Origin: an uncultured delta proteobacterium
GTDB lineage: Bacteria > Desulfobacterota > Binatia > UBA9968
DNA length: 64,000 nt
Assembly (NCBI GenBank): GCA_963727625.1
Contig: CAVSHR010000008.1
Span: 128,001-192,000, forward strand
Reading direction: 5' to 3'
The translations under genes and the position numbers were made by a program. Shown here piece by piece: positions 43,010-52,405 of the stretch. Below the pieces are notes generated by a model. It saw only the letters and a program-made list of their open reading frames with translations. It was not told the origin of the DNA and ran no database searches. Numbering within the stretch: position 1 is the stretch's first letter; every line of letters begins with the position of its first letter.

Positions 43010-43037
43010 TAGACGCTTCGGCTCCCAGGAGGTTTAC
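43010..43037 (-). promoter_or_regulatory. putative ECF sigma (auto-regulatory) promoter
   Basis: GTAAAC-N16-CGTCTA on the minus strand fits the AAC...CGT ECF consensus. Confidence 0.65.
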
Positions 43038-44066
43038 AAGATCGGCATAGGCTGATTTTTTGTCCCGGTACAGTTCTTCCGCCAACCTGAAAAGTTCCGC
43101 GATCTTACCAACTTAAGCTTGTTCCGCCGTCGTGGCGGCAAGTTTGGCCAAGAGCCAATGGTCCTACCATCAGCGCTGTGGGGAACTGGCAAGCCGCCGC
43201 CACTCGGTTATCAAAGCGCTTTGGCATCTTGTACCAATGCGAATGAGGCAGGTTCGTTTGCCCCGCTGGCTGGGTGTTGCGGGAGGCTTACGGTATTTTT
43301 TTCTTCCGCTCCATTCCATGCCCACGCTGCCACTGCCGCGGCTGCTCGGATCACCTATAGGTGCAGCCAGGGGTCTTCCCTCCCCCTCGCACTTGCAGAA
43401 TCATTCGCACCCGAGCCGGTTGCGCAATCGGTTTGTACTTTTCAATCTTTCTGAGCGTCCCAATAGGCTGATCGCAACTTCATGTCTCAAATCCTGTTGT
43501 ATTCAGAATCACTGATCTTGAACAGTCGGTGTTGGTCAGCGGCTGCGAGCGCTAAAATGATCGATCGTCGCCAGTCCAGAGGTGCAGTGTCTGTCCAGTG
43601 CCATACGCGGCCTCGCAAAAAAATCGCAGTCCGCGCGAACTCGGCATGGTTAGGGACCTTAGGGTCGCTGGCCACTCCCGAATTACAGAGCGCAATGCGA
43701 TTCATCTACGGAGATGCGATAGGAAAATTACAACGATCATTAAATTTCCTGCCGTGATTACTTTGCTGGCTGGCAACGGCTAAGACTTTGCCCAAGGATC
43801 AGAGTCTGTTCGCCAAGTGATTCGCGACCAATCAGTGACCGCCGCGCGTCATTTGCTCGGGCTACGCTACCGTCGGGGCGGCATGACCGAACATTACGGC
43901 ATGGAGGTCCGTAATCCCACAAAAGCCCGCGGCAAGATTGGCCCTCTTTGGGGTCGAAATCGGTGCCTCGTTGTATGAGCTTGGGCTCCGGCTTGTCTAT
44001 GAACGCCTGGCTGCATCGACACGAAAGCATAAAGTCGGGGGCTAAGTTCGGCCACAAGCAAGTGAA

Positions 44067-44095
44067 TTGACAAGCAGGAATGGCTTCGGTACCTT
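44067..44095 (+). promoter_or_regulatory. sigma70 promoter of the leader ORF and metal-uptake operon
   Basis: TTGACA-N17-TACCTT. Confidence 0.7.
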
Positions 44096-44108
44096 CGTGA
44101 TCAAGTCA

Positions 44109-44399
44109 ATGTTTTCAATGGAACAAGACAGCGGTCGCCGGCTGATTGGCGCAATCCTATTAGCCTTCTTGGTTTTTCTACCGCTACACCATCACGCTTT
44201 TACGCCAACGACACAGGTCGCGAAAGAATGCGCATGCGTTCACGGGACGCGTACGCAGATGTTTTTACATGCCGATCTACCGACGGTCGCGCCGATTTTT
44301 CTTGTCACAGCTTTTGCCACACAATATGTATTTTTTTGGGCCGGCAACTGGTCCACTCAAAAAAAGGTCCGCGGTCCCCCCACTGCTCTTTCCGTTTAG
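44109..44399 (+). CDS. DUF2946-like leader peptide: signal/TM, HHH, CxCxH, C-terminal RGPP
   Basis: LLAFLVFLPLHHH...ECACVH...KVRGPPTALSV*; start at 44109 or 44118 because the TTG at 44067 is the -35 box. Confidence 0.75.
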   Translation: MFSMEQDSGRRLIGAILLAFLVFLPLHHHAFTPTTQVAKECACVHGTRTQMFLHADLPTVAPIFLVTAFATQYVFFWAGNWSTQKKVRGPPTALSV

Positions 44400-44426
44400 C
44401 TCGATCAACTATCCCAGCTAGTTTTT

Positions 44427-44476
44427 CGTCCTCTTTAGAGCCATTCGCGCGCTAAAGAGGGGACGTCATTTGTCTT
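44427..44476 (+). terminator. hairpin with U-rich tail between the leader ORF and the OM barrel gene (possible attenuator)
   Basis: cctctttag (44430-38) pairs with ctaaagagg (44452-60), extendable via cgtc/gacg; followed by tcatttgtctt. Confidence 0.5.
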
Positions 44477-44492
44477 GGAGGGGGGGCATTTT

Positions 44493-45776
44493 ATGGTGTT
44501 ATCCTTGTTACGGATGCCCGTGTTGAGCGCATCCGCTTTTGTCAGTTTTTTATTGCTTGTTCCGGTGCTGTGTTTCGCTCAAAGCTCTGAGATCGAGGCG
44601 TTGCGTTCGGTCGTTGACGGATTACAGCAGCAACTGCAAAAGGCCTTGCAGCGAATCGATCAACTGGAAAAAGAAAAGTCGGTTACGGCGGAGAAGATCG
44701 ATCGAGTGCAATCTGCGACTTCGACAGGGGTGGGAAATGTCGAAAAATCCGTACAGTCGCTAAAAGCTGCGCCGGCAGCTTTGAACCCGAGCATCGGAAT
44801 GGTGCTGGATGCCAATGTTTCGCAGAAGTCGGCAGAGGGAGGTAATTTCAATTTTCGCAGTGCGGAGATCGGACTTTCCGCATCCGTCGACCCGTTTGCT
44901 AGGGTGTACGGGTTTATCAACGGTACTTCGGACGGTGTGGAAGTGGACGAAGCGGCCGCGATTACAACTTCGCTGCCGTGGAACCTAACCGCGAAAGGGG
45001 GTCGATTCCTGGCCGATTTCGGGCGCTTCCCCAAGGTTCATGAACATGAACTGCCGTTCGTGAACGAGCCGCTGTCAGTGGAAAGAATGATCGGCGGGGA
45101 AACCCAGGCGGACGGGGTGGAGATGAATTACCTCTTTCCAACGCCATTTTTTTTGAGAGCGACAATCGGCGGATATAACAAGATAGGAGAGGGAAACGAT
45201 AGGGTAGACAACACAAATTTACGGTCGTGGAGTCGTTTCACCTACCTCGCCCGGCTCAATACTTATTTTGATATCACCGACAATCACAGTATCGAGTTAG
45301 GCACTAGCCATGCTTACACGCCTTCGCTGCGTCTTCCTGGCGATAGGTTTGGCGGAAATCGGATTCTCAGCGGCATAGATTTGACTTATCGCTATCAGCC
45401 GTTGGACAGCGTCGTGTACCAGGGATTAACTGTAGGCTCGGAATTTTTTCGCAACAGCGAGCGGATCGGGTTCGACGACGGTTCCAAACGGCGCCAATCC
45501 TACGGCGGCTATAGCTATGCCGAATTGAAGCTGAACAAGAATTGGTCTACGGGTTTTCTCTTCGATTATGCTCCTAGCATCGAAAGCCCCGGCAAGAAAA
45601 CCATCGGCTACTCGCCGTTTCTCACTTGGAATATGAGTGAATTCAATCGCTTGCGTTTGCAGTTCACACACATGGACGACCGCGTTCGTGAAGACAAGGC
45701 TGATCGCGGGAATCAGGTGTTTCTCCAATGGACCACGGTTATTGGAGCGCATACCCACGGCTTTCTTGGCCGCTGA
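44493..45776 (+). CDS. outer-membrane beta-barrel with N-terminal coiled coil (metal-uptake associated)
   Basis: Signal peptide, coiled coil, LNPSIG, SVDPF, HEHELPF, SEFNRLRLQ, terminal GAHTHGF. Confidence 0.75.
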   Translation: MVLSLLRMPVLSASAFVSFLLLVPVLCFAQSSEIEALRSVVDGLQQQLQKALQRIDQLEKEKSVTAEKIDRVQSATSTGVGNVEKSVQSLKAAPAALNPSIGMVLDANVSQKSAEGGNFNFRSAEIGLSASVDPFARVYGFINGTSDGVEVDEAAAITTSLPWNLTAKGGRFLADFGRFPKVHEHELPFVNEPLSVERMIGGETQADGVEMNYLFPTPFFLRATIGGYNKIGEGNDRVDNTNLRSWSRFTYLARLNTYFDITDNHSIELGTSHAYTPSLRLPGDRFGGNRILSGIDLTYRYQPLDSVVYQGLTVGSEFFRNSERIGFDDGSKRRQSYGGYSYAELKLNKNWSTGFLFDYAPSIESPGKKTIGYSPFLTWNMSEFNRLRLQFTHMDDRVREDKADRGNQVFLQWTTVIGAHTHGFLGR

Positions 45777-45800
45777 GGATTTTCGGAAGGAGGTCTAGTT

Positions 45801-46730
45801 ATGAATAGCAGACTGTTGAGCCATAAAAACTGGAACATAATTTTGGCTGCTTTGTCTATTCTCGTCTTACAATCAGGTGCGGTTTTTGCGCAACAGATTC
45901 GAGTCGTGGCCACTTTTCCCGATCTCGCCGATATTACTCGGCAGATCGGCAAAGACTTGGTCAACGTGGATAGTCTCGCAAAAGGGGTCGAGGATCCGCA
46001 CGGCGTGCCCATGAAGCCGAGCTTTGTTCCTCGACTCAACCGTGCCGACGTGCTGGTTCTCACGGGCTTGGATGACGAGCATTCTTGGCTGCCGGCGCTT
46101 CTGGAAGTGGCCGCTAATCCCAAAATTCTTCTTGGCCGGCCGGGATATATAGACTGCTCAGCGGGTGTGCCGATACTTGAGGCGCCCGCATTGTTGGACC
46201 GATCGGAAGGTGATCTTCACCCAAAGGGAAATCCCCACTACTTGTTGGATCCTAATAACGCAAAAATTGCGGCACGGAACATCGCCGCCGGCCTTTCGCG
46301 AAACTTTCCTCAGCATCAGCAGGTTTTTGATAAAAATCTCAAAGCTTACCTCACGGAGCTCGACGGTTGGATCGTTCGCTGGGCGAAAATCGCGGCGCCG
46401 TTGCGTGGCGTCAAGTACGTCGAATACCATCCAGAGTGGGTTTATTTCGCCAATCGCTTTGGACTGAAACGGATCGGCAGCGTCGAGCTAAAGCCAGGCA
46501 TTGAGCCGACGCCGAACCATCTGGTTCAACTTGCTCGGCAGATCAAGCAGGAAAAGGCTCAAGTGTTGATTTACGGCGCGCAAAATCCGCGCATCCCCCA
46601 ACAGATGCATGGCGAAACCGGCATTAAAGTCCTGCGCCTTTACACCAGCGCGGGCGGCCGCCCGGAGACTGATAGTTACATCAAGTGGATCGATTATACC
46701 GTGCGCAGCTTAGTTCAAGCGGTGAGTTGA
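45801..46730 (+). CDS. Zn/Mn-type metal ABC transporter substrate-binding protein
   Basis: EDPH, HPKGNPHYLLDP, YH, ELKPGIEPT. Confidence 0.9.
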   Translation: MNSRLLSHKNWNIILAALSILVLQSGAVFAQQIRVVATFPDLADITRQIGKDLVNVDSLAKGVEDPHGVPMKPSFVPRLNRADVLVLTGLDDEHSWLPALLEVAANPKILLGRPGYIDCSAGVPILEAPALLDRSEGDLHPKGNPHYLLDPNNAKIAARNIAAGLSRNFPQHQQVFDKNLKAYLTELDGWIVRWAKIAAPLRGVKYVEYHPEWVYFANRFGLKRIGSVELKPGIEPTPNHLVQLARQIKQEKAQVLIYGAQNPRIPQQMHGETGIKVLRLYTSAGGRPETDSYIKWIDYTVRSLVQAVS

Positions 46731-46734
46731 GTTC

Positions 46735-47463
46735 ATGAAGAAAGCAACGGATACCGATGCGGTCCTAGCCACCAGAGGCGCGGCTCTGGGCGTCGACCTC
46801 GTGCCGCTGGTCTCACTCCAAAACGTCAGCCTGGGATACGGTTCGACTCGGGTCTTGATCAATGTCGACTTAACCGTCTATCCCGGAAACCTCGTTGGCT
46901 TGGCGGGGCCTAACGGTTCCGGCAAAACGACTCTTTTCAGGACGATTCTCGGCTTCTTGCCGGTGCTGGGCGGAACGCTTTCGCGCGGATGCTCGCTGGC
47001 CAATTTCGGGTACGTGCCGCAGAGCACGGCGCTCGACCCGCAGTTTCCACTGAGCGTCGGTGAAATCGTCGAAATGGGCGCCTATGGCCGTGTTGGTCCT
47101 TGGCGCCTTTTTCCGGCACATGAAACGAAACGAGCCGCGCAGGCATTGGAGCACGTGGGCATGGGGCATGTTCAAAAGAAATCCTTTTTTGCGCTCTCCG
47201 GCGGCCAAAAGCAACGCGTCCTAATCGCACGCGCGTTGATGGTCGACCCGAAAATCATGGTTCTCGATGAGCCACTTTCGGGAGTCGACGAGGAATCGCG
47301 GCGCAGCATCACCGAGCTGCTGATCGAGTTGGTTCGTGCGAGCGGTCTCGCGGTATTCTTTTCCAGCCATGATTTGGAAATGGTGCAGCGGGTGGCCGAC
47401 AAAATAGTTCGCGTCGATAGTGGGAGGGTTTTGGTCGAGGAAAGGCGGTCGCATTCGTCATGA
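46735..47463 (+). CDS. metal ABC transporter ATP-binding protein (ZnuC-like)
   Basis: GPNGSGKTT, GYVPQ, LSGGQKQRVLIARAL, LDEP, SHD. Confidence 0.92.
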   Translation: MKKATDTDAVLATRGAALGVDLVPLVSLQNVSLGYGSTRVLINVDLTVYPGNLVGLAGPNGSGKTTLFRTILGFLPVLGGTLSRGCSLANFGYVPQSTALDPQFPLSVGEIVEMGAYGRVGPWRLFPAHETKRAAQALEHVGMGHVQKKSFFALSGGQKQRVLIARALMVDPKIMVLDEPLSGVDEESRRSITELLIELVRASGLAVFFSSHDLEMVQRVADKIVRVDSGRVLVEERRSHSS

Positions 47464-48908
47464 ATAGTTTTCTGGAAATCATGAGTCCTTCCTACCTGCT
47501 CTTCCCCGCGCTAGTCGGCACGCTGATCATGGGGGTCGTCTGCCCGCTTATCGGATCTTTTCTAGTGTTGCGCAGAACGATTTTTCTAGGCTTGACGCTC
47601 CCCGAAATCGCCGCCGCAGGGGTGTCGTGCACCTTTTGGTTGCAGCAAGTCGGAGTCTTGCCACAGCTCGCACAGGGCGAGCGAGGCATTGGCATGATCG
47701 GCTCTCTAGTGTTTACTTTCCTGGGGATGGGCTTATTGGGTTATCTGGAGCAGCGCGGTAAGGGACTGGCCGAAGCCCGGCTCGCGGCCGCCTATGCGTT
47801 TGCCGGAGCTTTGACCATTTTGTTCATGGTGTTCAATCCGGCCGGTCAGATTGAAGTGCTCAACCTCCTCAAGGGTGAGGTCATCGCCTTGACGCGTGGC
47901 GAGCTCAAGCTCGTAGTTGCGCTGTTCGGCGCAGTCGGCGTTGCCATGCTGGCGTTCCGCCGCGAATTTCTTTTGACCTCGTTCGATCGCGACCTGGCTT
48001 TTCTGCTCAAGGGGCGGCAGATTGTCTGGGATATATTGCTCTATCTGCTCGCCGGCTTGATCATAGCGATCGGCGTGATCATGGCGGGACCGTTGTTGAT
48101 TTTTGGTTTTCTAGTGTTGCCAGCGCTCGCGGCCAAACCGCTGGCCAAACGCATGAGTACCTACCTGCTGCTTTCTTCCTTGCTCGGATTCGCGATGGCG
48201 TTTATGGGTTTCTACAGTTCGGTGCGCCTGGATCTTCCCCTGGGTCCGAGCGACGTGGCCCTGGGCTGCTGCTTGATTTTTGGCGCCTATGGGTTAGGCA
48301 GGATAACAACCCGGAAAGCGGCCGCGTCAGTCGTGCTGATTGGCTTGGCTATGACATTGAGCGCTTGCGGCGCCCGCGTAGCCACAAGTCCGGTGCCGGA
48401 GGCCAAAGCCATTCATGCCGAGCAACTCTGGTTGGCCAAGGTGCGGAACAGCACCGCGCTGCCGTTGCTCTTGCCGACCGCCAATCCGCTCCGCTCGCTT
48501 GCCGAGATGGCCGGCAAGACTTCATCGAATTACCGGGAGAGCGTGATGGATTTGTTGCGTGAGAATTTGCAGGCTGAGCTCGTCTTGAAAGGCTTCGACA
48601 TTTCTCGTCCGGAGGACAAGGACGCGCGCTTCCCGCCGTTTCCCGCGGATAACCTAAGCGCCGCGCGCATGGCTCGCGAGGGAAAACTATCGGGGATGGT
48701 TTTCGTAAGCGAGATTTACCGGTGGGAGGGCGAAACGCAAAGGTTTGTTCGCGCCCTCGTGGATTTCAAACTTGTGCGCATCGATGACGGTGCGATCGTC
48801 TGGCAGCGACGGGTTCAGCGCGCTGTTCCAACGCCCAGCGCGACCAATCTCGCGCAGGCCTCGGCCGACGCTGTCAAAGCGATCATGCGGGACCTGTTTC
48901 CCAGCTGA
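47460..48908 (+). CDS. metal ABC permease (ZnuB-like) fused to a C-terminal lipoprotein-like domain
   Basis: ABC-3 pattern LRRTIFLG, SFDRD, FLVLPA; then LSA-C and ~180 soluble residues. Confidence 0.85.
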   Translation: MNSFLEIMSPSYLLFPALVGTLIMGVVCPLIGSFLVLRRTIFLGLTLPEIAAAGVSCTFWLQQVGVLPQLAQGERGIGMIGSLVFTFLGMGLLGYLEQRGKGLAEARLAAAYAFAGALTILFMVFNPAGQIEVLNLLKGEVIALTRGELKLVVALFGAVGVAMLAFRREFLLTSFDRDLAFLLKGRQIVWDILLYLLAGLIIAIGVIMAGPLLIFGFLVLPALAAKPLAKRMSTYLLLSSLLGFAMAFMGFYSSVRLDLPLGPSDVALGCCLIFGAYGLGRITTRKAAASVVLIGLAMTLSACGARVATSPVPEAKAIHAEQLWLAKVRNSTALPLLLPTANPLRSLAEMAGKTSSNYRESVMDLLRENLQAELVLKGFDISRPEDKDARFPPFPADNLSAARMAREGKLSGMVFVSEIYRWEGETQRFVRALVDFKLVRIDDGAIVWQRRVQRAVPTPSATNLAQASADAVKAIMRDLFPS

Positions 48909-48921
48909 AAAGGCAAAAGCT

Positions 48922-49671
48922 ACGTCAACCATCTGGTCCTATAGCCTCGCCAGCGTCATCCTGGTAAGCCTGCTGTCACTCGTCGGCATCGCCTTTGTCT
49001 CGATCAGCGAGCGCCGACTGAATCAGCTCATTTTCGTGATGGTCGGTCTCGCCGTCGGCAGCCTGTTCGGCGATGCTTTTATCCACCTCCTGCCACGGTC
49101 CTTCGAGCAGTCGCCGAATCACTTGCGTGTCTCGCTGGCGATTCTCGCCGGGATTTTCGCATTTTTCGTCCTGGAAAAATTTCTCCTCTGGCGCCATGAG
49201 CACGTCCTGGAACCCGGCCACGCGGTCCATCCGGTCGGATACATGAACCTGGTCGCCGATGGGCTGCATAATTTTATCGACGGCGTGATTATCGGCGCTT
49301 CTTATCTTGTCAGCTATCAAACCGGCGTCGCTACGACGCTGGCGGTAATCTTTCACGAAATTCCCCACGAGCTCGGCAATTTCTTTGTCCTGCTGTACGC
49401 CGGATTTACAAAAACCAAGGCACTGTTTTTTAATTTCGTCTCGGCGCTGGCGGCGATCTTGGGCACGGTGATCGCGCTCGTCATCGGCTCTGAAATGCAG
49501 AACTTCGCGCAGATGATGCTACCCCTCGCGGCGGGCGGATTTATTTACATCGCCGGTTCCGATCTGGTTCCCGAGCTCAACAAAGAGGTGCGGCTGTCGA
49601 AATCGCTGGTGCAAATGGTTTCGATCGGCGCGGGCATCGGTTTGATGTTGTTGCTAGCGCTCGTGGAATGA
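48922..49671 (+). CDS. ZIP family metal transporter; start codon uncertain (ACG)
   Basis: DAFIHLLP, DGLHNFIDG, HEIPHELG, GGFIYIA. Confidence 0.9.
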   Translation, partial: TSTIWSYSLASVILVSLLSLVGIAFVSISERRLNQLIFVMVGLAVGSLFGDAFIHLLPRSFEQSPNHLRVSLAILAGIFAFFVLEKFLLWRHEHVLEPGHAVHPVGYMNLVADGLHNFIDGVIIGASYLVSYQTGVATTLAVIFHEIPHELGNFFVLLYAGFTKTKALFFNFVSALAAILGTVIALVIGSEMQNFAQMMLPLAAGGFIYIAGSDLVPELNKEVRLSKSLVQMVSIGAGIGLMLLLALVE

Positions 49672-49681
49672 AAGGAACTCC

Positions 49682-52387
49682 ATGAAAACTTGGTCTAGAT
49701 TCCCCGACTTTGACTGCGTCCGGTTAGTGCGGTGGACGTTACTCCTCTGCAGCATCCTGTTTTTCACCCGAGGAAATGTCTTCGGCGAGGTCGCTGGCGA
49801 ATCGCAAATCACCCGCGCGACGCTCAAGAACGGTCTGCGTGTCGTGATCGTTCGCAACGCGCTCGCGCCGGTGGTGACCACGGAAATCAATTACCTGGCC
49901 GGATCCAACGAAGCGCCCGACGGCTTTCCCGGCATGGCCCACGCCCTCGAACATATGATGTTTAGGGGCAGTTCGGGGCTGACGTCGGCTCAGCTCTCCA
50001 GCCTGATCGCGGCCATGGGCGGAAGTTTCAACGCCGATACCCAGCAGACGGTGACGCAATATTTTTTCACCGTTCCAGCGAACGATCTTGAAACCGCGCT
50101 GCATATCGAATCGTTGCGCATGCGCGGCGTGCTAGCGACCGACGCGCTGTGGGAGCAGGAGCGGGGCGCCATCGAACAGGAGGTGGCGCAGGACCTGTCC
50201 AATCCGCAATATTTGTTTTACTCGCGGCTGCTCGAGCAAATCTATGCCGGCACGCCCTACGCGCACACCGCGCTAGGCACCCGGCCGTCGTTTGATAAAA
50301 CCACAGGCCTGATGCTCAAGGATTTTCACCGAAAATGGTACGCGCCCAATAACGCGATTTTAGTGATCGTTGGCGACGTGAATCCAACCCAAGCGCTCGC
50401 CACCGTCAAGCGGTTGTTCGAGCCGATTCCGGCCCGTTCTCTACCGGCGCGACCAAAGATCGTCCTGCCGCGGCTGAAGCCCGGCAAAATCGAAATTGAT
50501 TCCGACCTGTCCTACGGCTTGGCCGCCGTTGCGTACCGTCTGCCGGGCTACAACGACGCGGATTTCGCCGCTGGGATCGTCTTGGCCGACGCGCTCGATA
50601 GCCGCCGCGGCGAACTGTACGGGCTCGCCGCCGAGGGTAAAGCGCTGTCCGGCGGATTCGACGCCAGCGCCTTGCCCGCCGCCGGCTTCGGATACGCCAA
50701 TGCGGCGTTTTCCCACGGCCAAGACAGCGCGGCGTTGGTCGATGAACTCAAGCGCATTGTCGCGGGCTATGTCGCCGACGGCATCCCCGCGGAGTTGGTG
50801 GAAGCGACCAAACGACACGAAGTGGCGGAGGCGCAATTTCGCAGAAATTCCATCGCGGGATTGGCCGCCGAATGGTCCCAAGCGCTGGGGGTAGAAGGGC
50901 GGCGCTCGCCGGACGACGATATCGAAGCAATCAAAAAAGTTACGGCCGACGACGTCAACCGCGTTGCGAAAAAATACTTGGTTAATGAAAACGCGCTCGT
51001 CGTGGTCATGACGCCGCACGAATCCGGCGAGGCCGTAGCAGCGCAGGGTCCACGTTCGGGCGGCGAATCTTTTACGCCCAAAGAGACTAAACCGGTGCCG
51101 CTGCCAGCCTGGGCAAAAAAAGTGCTTGCGCCATTGGCTGTGCCGGCATCTGCCGTCCATCCGATTGATACGATGCTGCCCAACGGTTTGCGTCTGATCA
51201 TTCAACCCGAATCTATCAGCGATACCGTGAGCGTCTACGGCCGGGTGAAACACCGCGCCGAGCTGCAAGTGCCGCCGGGCAAGGAAGGGACGGAGCAGAT
51301 TCTTAGCAGTCTCTTCTCTTACGGTTCGACTCAGCTCGATCGACTCGCTTTCCAACGAGCCCTCGATAAGATCGGTGCCAGGGTTCATGCCGGCACCGGG
51401 TTTTCACTCGAAGTCTTACCGGACGATTTTGCACGCGGCGTGGAATTGTTGGCCGATAATTTGCTGCATCCCGCGCTTCCCGAGGCCGCGTTCAAGGCGG
51501 TCCGGCAGCGCACGGGTCAAGCCGTGGCCGGTCAACGGCTCAGTCCGATCTACCGTTCGGGCCGGGCGTTCCTTAAAGCGATCTATCCTGAAAATGATCC
51601 GACTCTGCGCGAAGCGACGCCGGAAACCGTGGCATCGATTACGCTCGAAGAGGTGCGTCATTATCATCAAGCGGTCTTCAGACCCGATCTCACAACGATT
51701 GTCGTCATCGGTAAAGTGACGCCGGAACACGCGCGCGCCGTCCTTGAACGATATTTCGGCGCATGGCAGGCCAGCGGTCCAAAACCGAAAACCGAGCTGC
51801 CGCCGGTGCCGCGCAATGGCGCCGCCACAATCGTGGTGCCGGATCGAAGCCGAGTCCAAGACGAGGTCACGCTCGGTCAAACTTTCGGATTGACCCGCCG
51901 CGACGCCGACTACTATCCGCTGCAGCTCGGTTTGAACGTTTTATCCGGCGCCTTCTATGCGACGCGTTTATACCGCGACCTGCGGGAGCAAAGCGGACTG
52001 GTTTACTCAGTGGGGGCTGAGCTGGAATCGAGCAATTCCCGATCTGTGTTCGTCGTGTCCTACGCCTGCGATCCGGTCAACGTGACCAAAGCGAGAGCGA
52101 TCGTCGAGCGCAATCTGCGCGAGATGCAGCGCAAACCGGTGACCGCCGCCGAATTGTTGCAAGCGAAAACTTTACTTTTGCGGAACATCCCGCTGTCCGA
52201 ATCGAGCACGGGTGAGATCGCGGCGGGATTGCTCGATCGGGCCACCCGAGAGCTGCCGCTCGATGAACCGATGCGCGCAGCTTCACGGATTAAAGATATG
52301 ACGGCGGCCGATGTTCAAGCCGCATACGCGAAATGGCTCAAGGTCGAAGAGCTTGCCGAGGTCGTGCTGGGGCCAGAGCCCAAGTAA
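49682..52387 (+). CDS. M16 (pitrilysin-family) zinc peptidase
   Basis: GMAHALEHMMFRG (HxxEH), WYAPNNA, duplicated two-half architecture. Confidence 0.92.
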   Translation: MKTWSRFPDFDCVRLVRWTLLLCSILFFTRGNVFGEVAGESQITRATLKNGLRVVIVRNALAPVVTTEINYLAGSNEAPDGFPGMAHALEHMMFRGSSGLTSAQLSSLIAAMGGSFNADTQQTVTQYFFTVPANDLETALHIESLRMRGVLATDALWEQERGAIEQEVAQDLSNPQYLFYSRLLEQIYAGTPYAHTALGTRPSFDKTTGLMLKDFHRKWYAPNNAILVIVGDVNPTQALATVKRLFEPIPARSLPARPKIVLPRLKPGKIEIDSDLSYGLAAVAYRLPGYNDADFAAGIVLADALDSRRGELYGLAAEGKALSGGFDASALPAAGFGYANAAFSHGQDSAALVDELKRIVAGYVADGIPAELVEATKRHEVAEAQFRRNSIAGLAAEWSQALGVEGRRSPDDDIEAIKKVTADDVNRVAKKYLVNENALVVVMTPHESGEAVAAQGPRSGGESFTPKETKPVPLPAWAKKVLAPLAVPASAVHPIDTMLPNGLRLIIQPESISDTVSVYGRVKHRAELQVPPGKEGTEQILSSLFSYGSTQLDRLAFQRALDKIGARVHAGTGFSLEVLPDDFARGVELLADNLLHPALPEAAFKAVRQRTGQAVAGQRLSPIYRSGRAFLKAIYPENDPTLREATPETVASITLEEVRHYHQAVFRPDLTTIVVIGKVTPEHARAVLERYFGAWQASGPKPKTELPPVPRNGAATIVVPDRSRVQDEVTLGQTFGLTRRDADYYPLQLGLNVLSGAFYATRLYRDLREQSGLVYSVGAELESSNSRSVFVVSYACDPVNVTKARAIVERNLREMQRKPVTAAELLQAKTLLLRNIPLSESSTGEIAAGLLDRATRELPLDEPMRAASRIKDMTAADVQAAYAKWLKVEELAEVVLGPEPK

Positions 52388-52405
52388 ACCGCGCGCGACG
52401 AAATT

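Noticed and set aside
42963-43085. N-terminal 41 codons of ORF 42792-43085
   Set aside because: Spans the predicted ECF promoter; better RBS and signal peptide from 42962
43119-44057. Several 60-127-aa ORFs in the long spacer
   Set aside because: Mutually overlapping, no clear RBS or recognisable motifs
44067-44108. TTG start for the leader ORF
   Set aside because: The TTG is part of the TTGACA -35 box and would not be transcribed
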